This document shows, piece by piece, positions 6,839-13,541 of a DNA stretch of 33,915 nucleotides (position 1 is its first letter; each line of letters starts with the position of its first letter). The DNA comes from a virus (Duplodnaviria > Caudoviricetes): positions 1-33,915 of IMG/VR virus record IMGVR_UViG_3300030376_001983; one strand, 5' to 3'. A program made the translations under genes and the position numbers. The notes beneath the pieces were generated by a model that was given only the letters and a program-made list of their open reading frames with translations, was not told the DNA's origin and ran no database searches.

Positions 6839-7611
6839 TTCGTTCTCCTTGTTATTCTAAGATGTCCGCGCTTGTCACGCTTGACGGTGAGTTGGTCGCA
6901 ATAAACTTCTCGTTCGTTATCACTGACCATTTGCTTGAGATTTTTCTCAGCATTCTTGAAGACTTTGTTTTGTTCATATCCATGAATGTAGGTGACTGCT
7001 GCATCGACGAATTCATTGTCGAATGATGCATCTCGTGTTTCCATATCATCCAGCGTAATTGATAGCCTTGATAGTTTTGTTTCCTCAATTCCAACAGGCT
7101 GTTCATCGCGCATAACATAACCCCAGAAGTCAGACACCACTGCCCACATAGAATTGAAATACTCTTCGTTGTACTTGACATGTATGCACTCCCAATCACT
7201 GTTACCAAATATAACAGACAGGTATACACCTTCTGCTTTTGCCATGTGACAGTAGAACTGTAGCTGTGGCATGTATCGATCAAGCATTTTGTCCATGTTG
7301 TAGAACCTATTGGTATGCTTTGCTTCGATAATATTTCTTTCATCTTTTATGGCACCATCGATTGTGCCTTTCACTGGCACAGTACCAACTGTTCCAGTAA
7401 ACTCTCGCTGTTGTGCAACAACTTGCTTGCCTTCATTTGCGGTAAACCATTTCAAGTTGAAGTCTTCAGTATGCCGACCCAACTGTACTGGTAAGTTAAA
7501 CATTAGGTTCTCTGGTTCTTCACGACCTGTCTTTACTTTCCAGAGTTCGAGCCAGTAGCCTTCCATGATTTTGGTGCAGTCACTGCCACCAATGAAACCT
7601 TTACGTTCCAT
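6835..7611 (-). CDS. YqaJ/lambda-exonuclease-like recombination nuclease
   Basis: RKGFIGGSD, GTIDG, EAK and YMPQLQFY motifs; adjacent to erf. Confidence 0.88.
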   Translation of the reverse strand: MERKGFIGGSDCTKIMEGYWLELWKVKTGREEPENLMFNLPVQLGRHTEDFNLKWFTANEGKQVVAQQREFTGTVGTVPVKGTIDGAIKDERNIIEAKHTNRFYNMDKMLDRYMPQLQFYCHMAKAEGVYLSVIFGNSDWECIHVKYNEEYFNSMWAVVSDFWGYVMRDEQPVGIEETKLSRLSITLDDMETRDASFDNEFVDAAVTYIHGYEQNKVFKNAEKNLKQMVSDNEREVYCDQLTVKRDKRGHLRITRRTK

Positions 7612-7635
7612 GTTACGTTCTCCTTTTTTATTTTT

Positions 7636-7676
7636 ATTATATCATACAATTTACCACGATTGCGGTGTTGTGTAAA
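7636..7676 (-). promoter_or_regulatory. Sigma70-type promoter(s) for the exonuclease-erf-ssb operon
   Basis: Minus strand TTTACA-17 nt-TAAATT with extended TG, plus a second extended -10 TGaTATAAT, in an AT-rich gap. Confidence 0.6.
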
Positions 7677-7684
7677 ATATTTAT

Positions 7685-8062
7685 TTATTTATTTATTTGT
7701 TCTTTGATTTTGTCGTGCTGATCGATCAACCGCTTGAGCATGGCTTCGGCTGCTGGCTCGCTATATGTATGCCGCAGCAGCCGAGCATATGCGTTGCGGT
7801 GTGGATCGAGATCAGTTTCCTCGAGTAGGTTTTTGTCAATCATTTCAAGGGCTTGTCTGCCCCATAAATAATTATGACCAACCGACTCGCGTTCTTTGAT
7901 ACGCTTTGCCATGATCTCAAGAGTATCAGGAGCCCAGCTTCTGCTGGCCTCCCTCTGTTTCTTTCGATCTTCAGCATAGATTTCACGAGAGGAACGGCTC
8001 AAGCTTTGAGACCATACCTCATCTTGTACAGCACGAGTTACTGATTTCATTGTGCGATCCAA
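7685..8062 (-). CDS. Hypothetical protein
   Basis: 125 aa ORF in the tightly packed early block, GGAG upstream. Confidence 0.7.
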   Translation of the reverse strand: MDRTMKSVTRAVQDEVWSQSLSRSSREIYAEDRKKQREASRSWAPDTLEIMAKRIKERESVGHNYLWGRQALEMIDKNLLEETDLDPHRNAYARLLRHTYSEPAAEAMLKRLIDQHDKIKEQINK

Positions 8063-8247
8063 TACTCTTTCACTTTTTTACCACTATCGACTTCAATAAA
8101 TTGACTATCGATTGGCACTCCAGATTGTTTTAGATCTGTGATTCGGGATGCCAAGCGAAAACATTTAAATTTTTCGAGTGCGGTTATTGCAGTAATAGTA
8201 TTGCCTTGCTCAAGATAACTCTTGATCTGTTTGTTTTGAGATTCCAT
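8047..8247 (-). CDS. Small winged-helix DNA-binding protein
   Basis: L..G.TIT...AL..F.CFRLASRI.DLK..G..I pattern; GGAGAACG RBS. Confidence 0.8.
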   Translation of the reverse strand: MESQNKQIKSYLEQGNTITAITALEKFKCFRLASRITDLKQSGVPIDSQFIEVDSGKKVKEYWIAQ

Positions 8248-8569
8248 TTTCGTTCTCCATTAGTTGTTTAAATTTATCGCCACTCATTATGACCAGCGTT
8301 TGCGGAGTTCCCCTCCGTCTTTTATAGAATGCAATATCCCTGCCTTCTAATACTTTGAAAGGGCTTGGGAAGGATGCAGTATCACGATACTTTACCTCAC
8401 CTACCATTTCAAGTCCTTTGATTTCGAGCTTGATGTCACCAGAATATTCTCCTCCCAAACTGCCTGAGAGGGGCTGGCGTTTCGCTTTGATCTGCGCTTT
8501 GATTTTGTTGAGCCAATCGACAAACCACTTTTCGTGGTATGTTCCTTTGTTTTTGTTACGGTTTGCCAT
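8210..8569 (-). CDS. Holliday junction resolvase (Hjc-like PD-(D/E)xK nuclease)
   Basis: KG...E, PLSG, GD and EVK motifs. Confidence 0.8.
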   Translation of the reverse strand: MANRNKNKGTYHEKWFVDWLNKIKAQIKAKRQPLSGSLGGEYSGDIKLEIKGLEMVGEVKYRDTASFPSPFKVLEGRDIAFYKRRRGTPQTLVIMSGDKFKQLMENENGISKQTDQELS

Positions 8570-8721
8570 CTGTCCTCCTCATAGCAATTCAAACATACAT
8601 ACCAGTGCTTCTGTGTAGATCTACCACTATTGTTTTTTAGTATAGCAACAAACCATTCCGTATTACTTTCGCAGCTGACGCACGTTATTCTTGCTGGTTT
8701 TTTTCTTGACTTCGATGTCAT
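8401..8721 (-). CDS. Zinc-finger protein (CxxC...CxxC)
   Basis: CVSC and CLNC pairs; C-terminal half overlaps the resolvase gene. Confidence 0.55.
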   Translation of the reverse strand: MTSKSRKKPARITCVSCESNTEWFVAILKNNSGRSTQKHWYVCLNCYEEDRWQTVTKTKEHTTKSGLSIGSTKSKRRSKRNASPSQAVWEENILVTSSSKSKDLKW

Positions 8722-8917
8722 ATCCCAATGCCTCGAGCCAACACATGAGAAAAAATCCAGACGGAACTCTCTTGTGCTGCTCCCATTTGTGAATCAATGA
8801 TTCGGTACAGCCTATGATGTTAGCCAGCTGTGGCTGACTCAATCCCTGATCATGTCTCGCATCGATGAGCATCTCAATCATCTCATTGTAATTGTGAGAC
8901 AGTCGTGTGTTAGGCAA
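8663..8917 (-). CDS. XRE/Cro-family HTH regulator
   Basis: AR...GLSQ.QLA..IG...S.I.KWE...R.PS. Confidence 0.85.
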   Translation of the reverse strand: MPNTRLSHNYNEMIEMLIDARHDQGLSQPQLANIIGCTESLIHKWEQHKRVPSGFFLMCWLEALGYDIEVKKKTSKNNVRQLRK

Positions 8918-9106
8918 CTAAAAATTTATATCCTCTTCATCATCGAAGATACCAAGTCCTTGGCATTCTTCGCAAATTTCAGTGGCACTATCTATATATC
9001 CTACATCTCTGTCAAACCCATGTGATTTGGGTACATCGTATTCAATGTACCCATCACCACCGCATTCTTGACAAGTCTTAGTAGGGGATCTCATCATCGA
9101 TGTCAT
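8918..9106 (-). CDS. Small DnaJ-type zinc-finger protein
   Basis: CQECGGDG and CEECQGLG repeats; start placed at 9106 after GGAGAG. Confidence 0.75.
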   Translation of the reverse strand: MTSMMRSPTKTCQECGGDGYIEYDVPKSHGFDRDVGYIDSATEICEECQGLGIFDDEEDINF

Positions 9107-9344
9107 TGCTACTCTCCGCAAGTATTTGAGCTTGATGTATTTCAGCAAGCTGTTCGATTGCATGTTCTTCCCACACATTGGTAGCACGATTTACCCATTT
9201 GTCACGATTAAATCTTGGATTAGTTCGTGCAAGTTCATCAGCAATCTTTTCGATTCCTGTTGCCCAATTCAAATGTGGTGTGATTACATCAGCAAGAAAC
9301 TCAAAGTCTCTGCGTGTAAATTTAGGTGTTGATCTGTTAACCAT
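9078..9344 (-). CDS. Hypothetical phage protein with acidic DDEIPY tail
   Basis: TAATG coupling with upstream gene; ADEL..TNPRFN..K motif. Confidence 0.75.
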   Translation of the reverse strand: MVNRSTPKFTRRDFEFLADVITPHLNWATGIEKIADELARTNPRFNRDKWVNRATNVWEEHAIEQLAEIHQAQILAESSNDIDDEIPY

Positions 9345-9703
9345 TAGTCCATCCTCACTATATGATGTTTGCCAAGTGTTGGTATTGCCATTACTGAATA
9401 AGGATAGAAGTAGACTGACCCCTCTTCAGTATCCCATGTCATAAATGGATGCATGGGTGAGTCTTCTGGATGACGAAGAACACCTTCGTTATCTATCTCA
9501 CCAGTCATATGTCTACCTTTGATACCCATACCAGAACGAGCTTCGTACTGATTATGAAGGTGATCGAAGAGAGTTTCTTGAATGGCAAAGCAAGTACGCC
9601 TCAAGTTCCATTCAGTTACCCAAAGCGGAATGAATCCACCCCAGCCCATCATCTGATGTGTTGTCATATCAGGGTATTTCTTTTTGTTGTATGTGATTAT
9701 CAT
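9344..9703 (-). CDS. Hypothetical protein
   Basis: 119 aa ORF with AAGGAGG RBS. Confidence 0.75.
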   Translation of the reverse strand: MIITYNKKKYPDMTTHQMMGWGGFIPLWVTEWNLRRTCFAIQETLFDHLHNQYEARSGMGIKGRHMTGEIDNEGVLRHPEDSPMHPFMTWDTEEGSVYFYPYSVMAIPTLGKHHIVRMD

Positions 9704-9715
9704 GTTGATTCCTCC

Positions 9716-9931
9716 TTAATCGACTGTGGTTGTAAGTGAGAGATTGTATTGAATCCAATCGTATATAATGTCTTCAATCTCACTAGTATGATCACTGATA
9801 TTAATCTCTGATAATTTAAAACCATCAAGCTTATCATCAATCATCTTTCCTATTTGTGGTTTCATAATCTCGAACAGAACTATTGCTATTCTTGATTCTC
9901 TTTCACTTAATATGATGTCATTGTCAGCCAT
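9716..9931 (-). CDS. Hypothetical protein
   Basis: 71 aa ORF with AAGGAGAACG RBS. Confidence 0.75.
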   Translation of the reverse strand: MADNDIILSERESRIAIVLFEIMKPQIGKMIDDKLDGFKLSEINISDHTSEIEDIIYDWIQYNLSLTTTVD

Positions 9932-9971
9932 TTTACGTTCTCCTTTTTAGCCATTTGACTTTGGTTTATTG

Positions 9972-10191
9972 ACACCCAGCATAGCTCACGCGTTGCCAGC
10001 TTTATCTGGGTGTATGTCAGCCCCCAGCCCGAAGGGATGAGGGGCGCGAGTCTACTACTCGCAAGTGACCATGCCCAGCTTCGCTGGAATAGCATGGCAC
10101 ACTATTAGACACCTCTGGTGTCAGACACATCTATGGATGTGTCACGCGGTGCGAAGCACCGCGAAAAATTTGGGAGGGTCGAAACCCTCCC
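9972..10191. other. GC-rich non-coding hairpin array
   Basis: Perfect stems at 10046-10062, 10075-10087, 10108-10122, 10124-10143, 10145-10163 and 10172-10191, plus 9972-9979 pairing with 10006-10013. Confidence 0.8.
10164..10191 (-). terminator. Probable terminator after the first early gene
   Basis: GGGAGGGT-TTCG-ACCCTCCC followed by AAATTTTT, 6 nt after the stop. Confidence 0.55.
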
Positions 10192-10197
10192 TTATTT

Positions 10198-10656
10198 CTA
10201 CGCTGATAAAGCGTTGAACTCTGCAACAATCGTTGCCATTTCTTCTGACATCTCACCATCGATGGCATTTGCCGCTACGCTAGTAAACTGTTTGCCAGTC
10301 AACTTCTTGTAAGCTTTCTGCGCTGCTTTCAACTCATCTTGCATTACAAGCAATGCGAATTGTTCAGCCTTGGCACTGGCTACGCTTGCTTTGAAGTTCA
10401 TAGTTGAAATCTCATCACCTACGCAACGCGACTGATCACGCGCTGCCCATCGCTTCGCGTTGGCCTCGCGGTCTTGCTGCTTTGGTATCCAGAACTCCAA
10501 GTCTTCTATTTCCCTTCGAAGCTTGCGCTCCGCGTGGAAATAAAGACTGTCGATATGATGCCAGCCTTCAGACTTGCCCTCTGTGTTAGAGCTACGAATA
10601 TATAACTCTGTTGGGTTTGTGTAAGTTTCAACGATTGCTTTTACTAGATTAGACAT
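10198..10656 (-). CDS. Hypothetical helical protein, first early gene
   Basis: 152 aa; AAGGAGAACAG RBS. Confidence 0.75.
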   Translation of the reverse strand: MSNLVKAIVETYTNPTELYIRSSNTEGKSEGWHHIDSLYFHAERKLRREIEDLEFWIPKQQDREANAKRWAARDQSRCVGDEISTMNFKASVASAKAEQFALLVMQDELKAAQKAYKKLTGKQFTSVAANAIDGEMSEEMATIVAEFNALSA

Positions 10657-10699
10657 TTTCTGTTCTCCTTGTGGTTACATTCTAGCTTCTTCTCAGTTT

Positions 10700-10975
10700 A
10701 GTCCGACCCGAAGTGAGGGGCTGGACAACAACGACAGGGAATGACCATGGTTCGTAGGTCAACACGCAACCACGTCCGTGTTTACCTAGGGTTCTGGACG
10801 TTCCATGACGGTGGTGGCCAGACGCGAGCTTCGTGTTGGTCTAAACCAAATACACTTCACGAGCGTAGCGAGTGGCACTCTCACTACCGCGTTAGGGATG
10901 GAAGCCCGAAGGGGCAAGACTCGATAGAGGCTTGATTCACGACAGCCCGACCCCCACCTTCGGGGGGAACGCCCT
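10700..10975. other. Structured non-coding region between early and late blocks (candidate origin/ssDNA signal or RNA leader)
   Basis: CAC-GAGC-GTA-GC-GA-GTG, CCC-GAA-GGG, CAAGACTC-GATA-GAGGCTTG and CCCCC...GGGGG stems; GCGTT/AACGC could close a multiloop. Confidence 0.55.
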
Positions 10976-10979
10976 GTCA

Positions 10980-10995
10980 ATACTAGATGTAGTAT
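10980..10995. promoter_or_regulatory. Palindromic operator, NrdR-box-like
   Basis: ATACTA-GATG-TAGTAT, abutting a minus-strand TTGACA (10975-10980). Confidence 0.4.
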
Positions 10996-11030
10996 GTAGA
11001 CCCATAACTAGGCACAAGTGACGTAGGGTA

Positions 11031-11046
11031 ATTGCTTGACAGCAAT
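11031..11046 (+). promoter_or_regulatory. Palindrome containing a TTGACA -35 box upstream of terS
   Basis: ATTGCT-TGAC-AGCAAT; TTGACA at 11036-11041; -10 box is weak. Confidence 0.4.
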
Positions 11047-11066
11047 AGCTATTCTGGTGTCCAAAT

Positions 11067-11089
11067 GGGGGGAGAGAGGGAGAGGGGGG
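11067..11089 (+). repeat. Polypurine mirror repeat
   Basis: GGGGGGAGAG-AGG-GAGAGGGGGG. Confidence 0.7.
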
Positions 11090-11105
11090 CTTACAGAGGC
11101 ACAAC

Positions 11106-11486
11106 ATGAATAACATTCTCAATACTAAGAAACTGACACCAAAGCAAACGGCTTTGGTTGATACACTCGTATCAAAAGGTTGCTCTATCACTCAGGCCGC
11201 TAAAGAAGCTGGGTATGCTGATGGTGACTCAGGTAGAGTGACTGCTAGCAAGGCTCTAAAGCAACCTCATGTGCAACAGTACATGATGCAGTGTGTGACA
11301 GAGCAATTAGGAATGAATGCTACGATTGCCGCTAGTAGAGTAATGAAACTAGCTACTGGTGCTAAGTCTGAGTACGTTCAGCTAGAGGCGAGTAAGGATA
11401 TCCTCGATCGTGCTGGCTTCAAGCCTATAGACAGGTCTCAGGTACAACTAGCTGGTGATATACGAGTGTCCATCGATCTAGGCTAA
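11106..11486 (+). CDS. terS: Terminase small subunit
   Basis: LTPKQ...V......TQAA..AGY N-terminal HTH; A.SEYVQLEASKDILDRAG; first late gene. Confidence 0.85.
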   Translation: MNNILNTKKLTPKQTALVDTLVSKGCSITQAAKEAGYADGDSGRVTASKALKQPHVQQYMMQCVTEQLGMNATIAASRVMKLATGAKSEYVQLEASKDILDRAGFKPIDRSQVQLAGDIRVSIDLG

Positions 11487-11609
11487 GTTACTACGTTCCT
11501 CAGCCCCAGTTCATTATAGAGTGTTACCTCTGCAACACACGCCCCCCAAAAACCGCAATCACAATCTTGTTACAGGTCTTCCCCCAGCATTTTTTTCTTA
11601 CAAAGTATT

Positions 11610-11618
11610 TTGTGCGTT
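11610..11618 (+). promoter_or_regulatory. Late-module motif TTGTGCGTT, copy 1
   Basis: Intergenic, upstream of the basic-protein/terL operon. Confidence 0.65.
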
Positions 11619-11680
11619 TGAAATAATATTTTTTTAGTGTAAGGGTGAATTTATGTTTAATTGGTTAAAGAGATTGTGGC

Positions 11681-11986
11681 ATGGCGAAAACTCCAGCGTG
11701 GCAGAGAAAAGAGGGAAAGAATCCCAAGGGCGGTCTAAACGCAAAGGGTCGAGCAAGTTACAAGGGGGGAACACTAAAAGCCCCAGTGAAAAGCGGAGAC
11801 AATCCTCGAAGAGCAAGCTTCCTAGCAAGAATGGGGGGAGCAAAGGGACCAGAAAGAGACAGCAAGGGAAAACCAACCCGTCTTCTTCTCAGCCTAAAAG
11901 CGTGGGGAGCATCAAGCAAGTCGGACGCAAAGGCAAAGGCCAGAGCGATAAGTCGAAGAAACAAAGCTAAGAAAGGAAAAGCATAA
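11681..11986 (+). CDS. Small highly basic conserved phage protein
   Basis: MAKTPAWQRKEGKNPKGGLNAKGR...RRASFLARM; TAATG coupling to next gene. Confidence 0.8.
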   Translation: MAKTPAWQRKEGKNPKGGLNAKGRASYKGGTLKAPVKSGDNPRRASFLARMGGAKGPERDSKGKPTRLLLSLKAWGASSKSDAKAKARAISRRNKAKKGKA

Positions 11987-12138
11987 TGCCAATGGGAAAA
12001 GGAACATATGGTGACAAGGTTGGAAGGCCTAAAAAAAAGAAATCTATGCTAAGTAAAAAGCAGAAGACGCTACCCCCAGCTTTGAAAAGAAAGATAATGA
12101 AGGCCAAGTCTGGCGGTTCTTCTGGTAGCTCTTACTAA
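11986..12138 (+). CDS. Tiny basic protein (50 aa), not in ORF track
   Basis: MPMGKGTYGDKVGRPKKKKSMLSKKQKTLPPALKRKIMKAKSGGSSGSSY. Confidence 0.8.
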   Translation: MPMGKGTYGDKVGRPKKKKSMLSKKQKTLPPALKRKIMKAKSGGSSGSSY

Positions 12139-12139
12139 G

Positions 12140-12313
12140 ATGGCTAAGAAGAAAAAGAGTTTGCTAAAACTGACCAAGCGTCAGGAGCAAACTATGAAGC
12201 GTCATAGTGAGCATCATACTCCCAAGCATATGAAGGTAATGAGGACTGCAATGCTAAAAGGTTCTACATTTGGTGAGGCGCATAAGTTAGCAAAGAAAAA
12301 GGTTGGTAACTAA
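12140..12313 (+). CDS. Tiny basic His/Met-rich protein (57 aa), not in ORF track
   Basis: MAKKKKSLLKLTKRQEQTMKRHSEHHTPKHMKVMRTAMLKGSTFGEAHKLAKKKVGN. Confidence 0.8.
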   Translation: MAKKKKSLLKLTKRQEQTMKRHSEHHTPKHMKVMRTAMLKGSTFGEAHKLAKKKVGN

Positions 12314-12480
12314 TGGCAGTTAATGCAGCTGGTAATTATACCAAACCTAAGATGAGAAAGTCTTTGTTTCAAAGGATCAAAGCAAGGGCTACACATGGTA
12401 CGGCTGCTGGTCAGTGGTCTGCTCGAAAGGCGCAGTTGCTTGCCAAGGAATATAAAAAACGTGGTGGTGGTTACAAGTAA
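12313..12480 (+). CDS. Tiny basic protein (55 aa), DUF5872-like N-terminal part, not in ORF track
   Basis: MAVNAAGNYTKP.MRK.LF..IK......AGQWSARKAQLLAKEYKKRGGGYK. Confidence 0.8.
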   Translation: MAVNAAGNYTKPKMRKSLFQRIKARATHGTAAGQWSARKAQLLAKEYKKRGGGYK

Positions 12481-12492
12481 AGGAGAAAACTA

Positions 12493-12645
12493 ATGGCTAA
12501 AAAACCTACATTACTTCAACAAAATCTAAAGAAACCATCTTTAGAAGATTTTATGAAAGCTTTTAACAAAGCATCAGATAGTCAACTTAAACCACTTCTT
12601 TCTAAATCTATGATAAGAAGAATGGAAAGGATTATGAAAAAGTGA
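12493..12645 (+). CDS. Tiny basic protein (50 aa), not in ORF track
   Basis: AGGAG RBS; MAKKPTLLQQNLKKPSLEDFMKAFNKASDSQLKPLLSKSMIRRMERIMKK; GTGA overlap. Confidence 0.75.
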   Translation: MAKKPTLLQQNLKKPSLEDFMKAFNKASDSQLKPLLSKSMIRRMERIMKK

Positions 12646-12878
12646 AGGCTTCACAAAAGTCTTTACTTAATTGGGGCAAGCAAAAGTGGCGCACCAAGTC
12701 TGGCAAAAAGTCTAGTGAGACAGGTGAACGGTACTTACCTAGCAAGGCTATTGCTGCTCTTAGTGATGCTGAATATGCAGCTACAACCAGAGCTAAACGA
12801 AAGGGTAAGGCAAAGGGTAAGCAGTTTGTGGCTCAACCGAAAAAGATTGCTAGGAAAGTAAAACAATATAGGAGTTAA
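12642..12878 (+). CDS. Small basic protein, DUF5872-like C-terminal part
   Basis: QKSL..W.KQKWRTK...ERYLP.KA...LS..E..AT...K..G...GKQFV. Confidence 0.75.
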   Translation: MKASQKSLLNWGKQKWRTKSGKKSSETGERYLPSKAIAALSDAEYAATTRAKRKGKAKGKQFVAQPKKIARKVKQYRS

Positions 12879-12880
12879 TT

Positions 12881-13114
12881 ATGGGCTGGATAATAGCAAA
12901 CACTGGCAAAGCTTATGATGGGGAAACCCATGAACTTGCTGGAACTACATTCTCAGGTAAAACAAGAACCTTTGAATCCAAAAGATTAGAGTGGGTTAAT
13001 CTTGTTGTTAAGTCTAAGGCAGCACCAAAAAAGAAACGTGCTAGAGATGACAAGGGTAGATTAAAAGCAGACGATCCTTCTACACCAGATGTTAACGAGG
13101 CTTACGAGCAATGA
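12881..13114 (+). CDS. Conserved small phage protein
   Basis: KRARDDKGR.KADDPSTPDVNEAY motif; AGGAG RBS. Confidence 0.75.
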   Translation: MGWIIANTGKAYDGETHELAGTTFSGKTRTFESKRLEWVNLVVKSKAAPKKKRARDDKGRLKADDPSTPDVNEAYEQ

Positions 13115-13341
13115 GACAAGAAGATAAACCAAAAAAGAAAACCAAAAAAAAGAAAACTCTTTTAGCTGGCTCTTTCAAAGATGATCTTTTTGAACCTAAT
13201 GAAATTATAAATATAAGTGATAATGATCTAGGTCGTTATTTATCTATGCATTTAAAAGCAATAAGAAATGATAATAGTAATAAAGGTGTTCGAGCAAATT
13301 ACAGAGCTATTCTTAGAGAACTAAGAAGAAGAGATAAGTAA
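13111..13341 (+). CDS. Small basic hypothetical protein
   Basis: ATGA and TAATG overlaps on both sides. Confidence 0.7.
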   Translation: MRQEDKPKKKTKKKKTLLAGSFKDDLFEPNEIINISDNDLGRYLSMHLKAIRNDNSNKGVRANYRAILRELRRRDK

Positions 13342-13541
13342 TGAGCTTTGTAAATACTTTAAAGACAGAAGAGCTTACTATGCTTCGAAGGATTGTTAAG
13401 AAGGTACACTTTAAATACTTTGATAAGAAACATGGTAAGTCTTTTGTGACAAACAAAATGCTAGACAATGTAATAGAAACCATTGGCCCAGAAGCAGTCG
13501 AGAAGATGATAAGGTCTGGAGTTGACAAGGGGCTGCGTTAG
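13341..13541 (+). CDS. Small hypothetical protein preceding terL
   Basis: Coupled to terL by a TAGTG overlap. Confidence 0.7.
   Translation: MSFVNTLKTEELTMLRRIVKKVHFKYFDKKHGKSFVTNKMLDNVIETIGPEAVEKMIRSGVDKGLR

Noticed and set aside
7658-7666. ACCGCAATC shared with 11552-11560 in another intergenic region
   Set aside because: Only two copies of a 9-mer; compatible with chance.
9907-10095. Short ORFs over the hairpin regions (also 10118..10312, 10741..10935, 10786..10980, 10937..11191)
   Set aside because: No convincing RBS or protein-like composition; they are by-products of GC-rich structured DNA.
11653-11970. 105-aa alternative-frame ORF
   Set aside because: The overlapping 11681..11986 frame has a recognisable conserved sequence and is coupled to the next gene.
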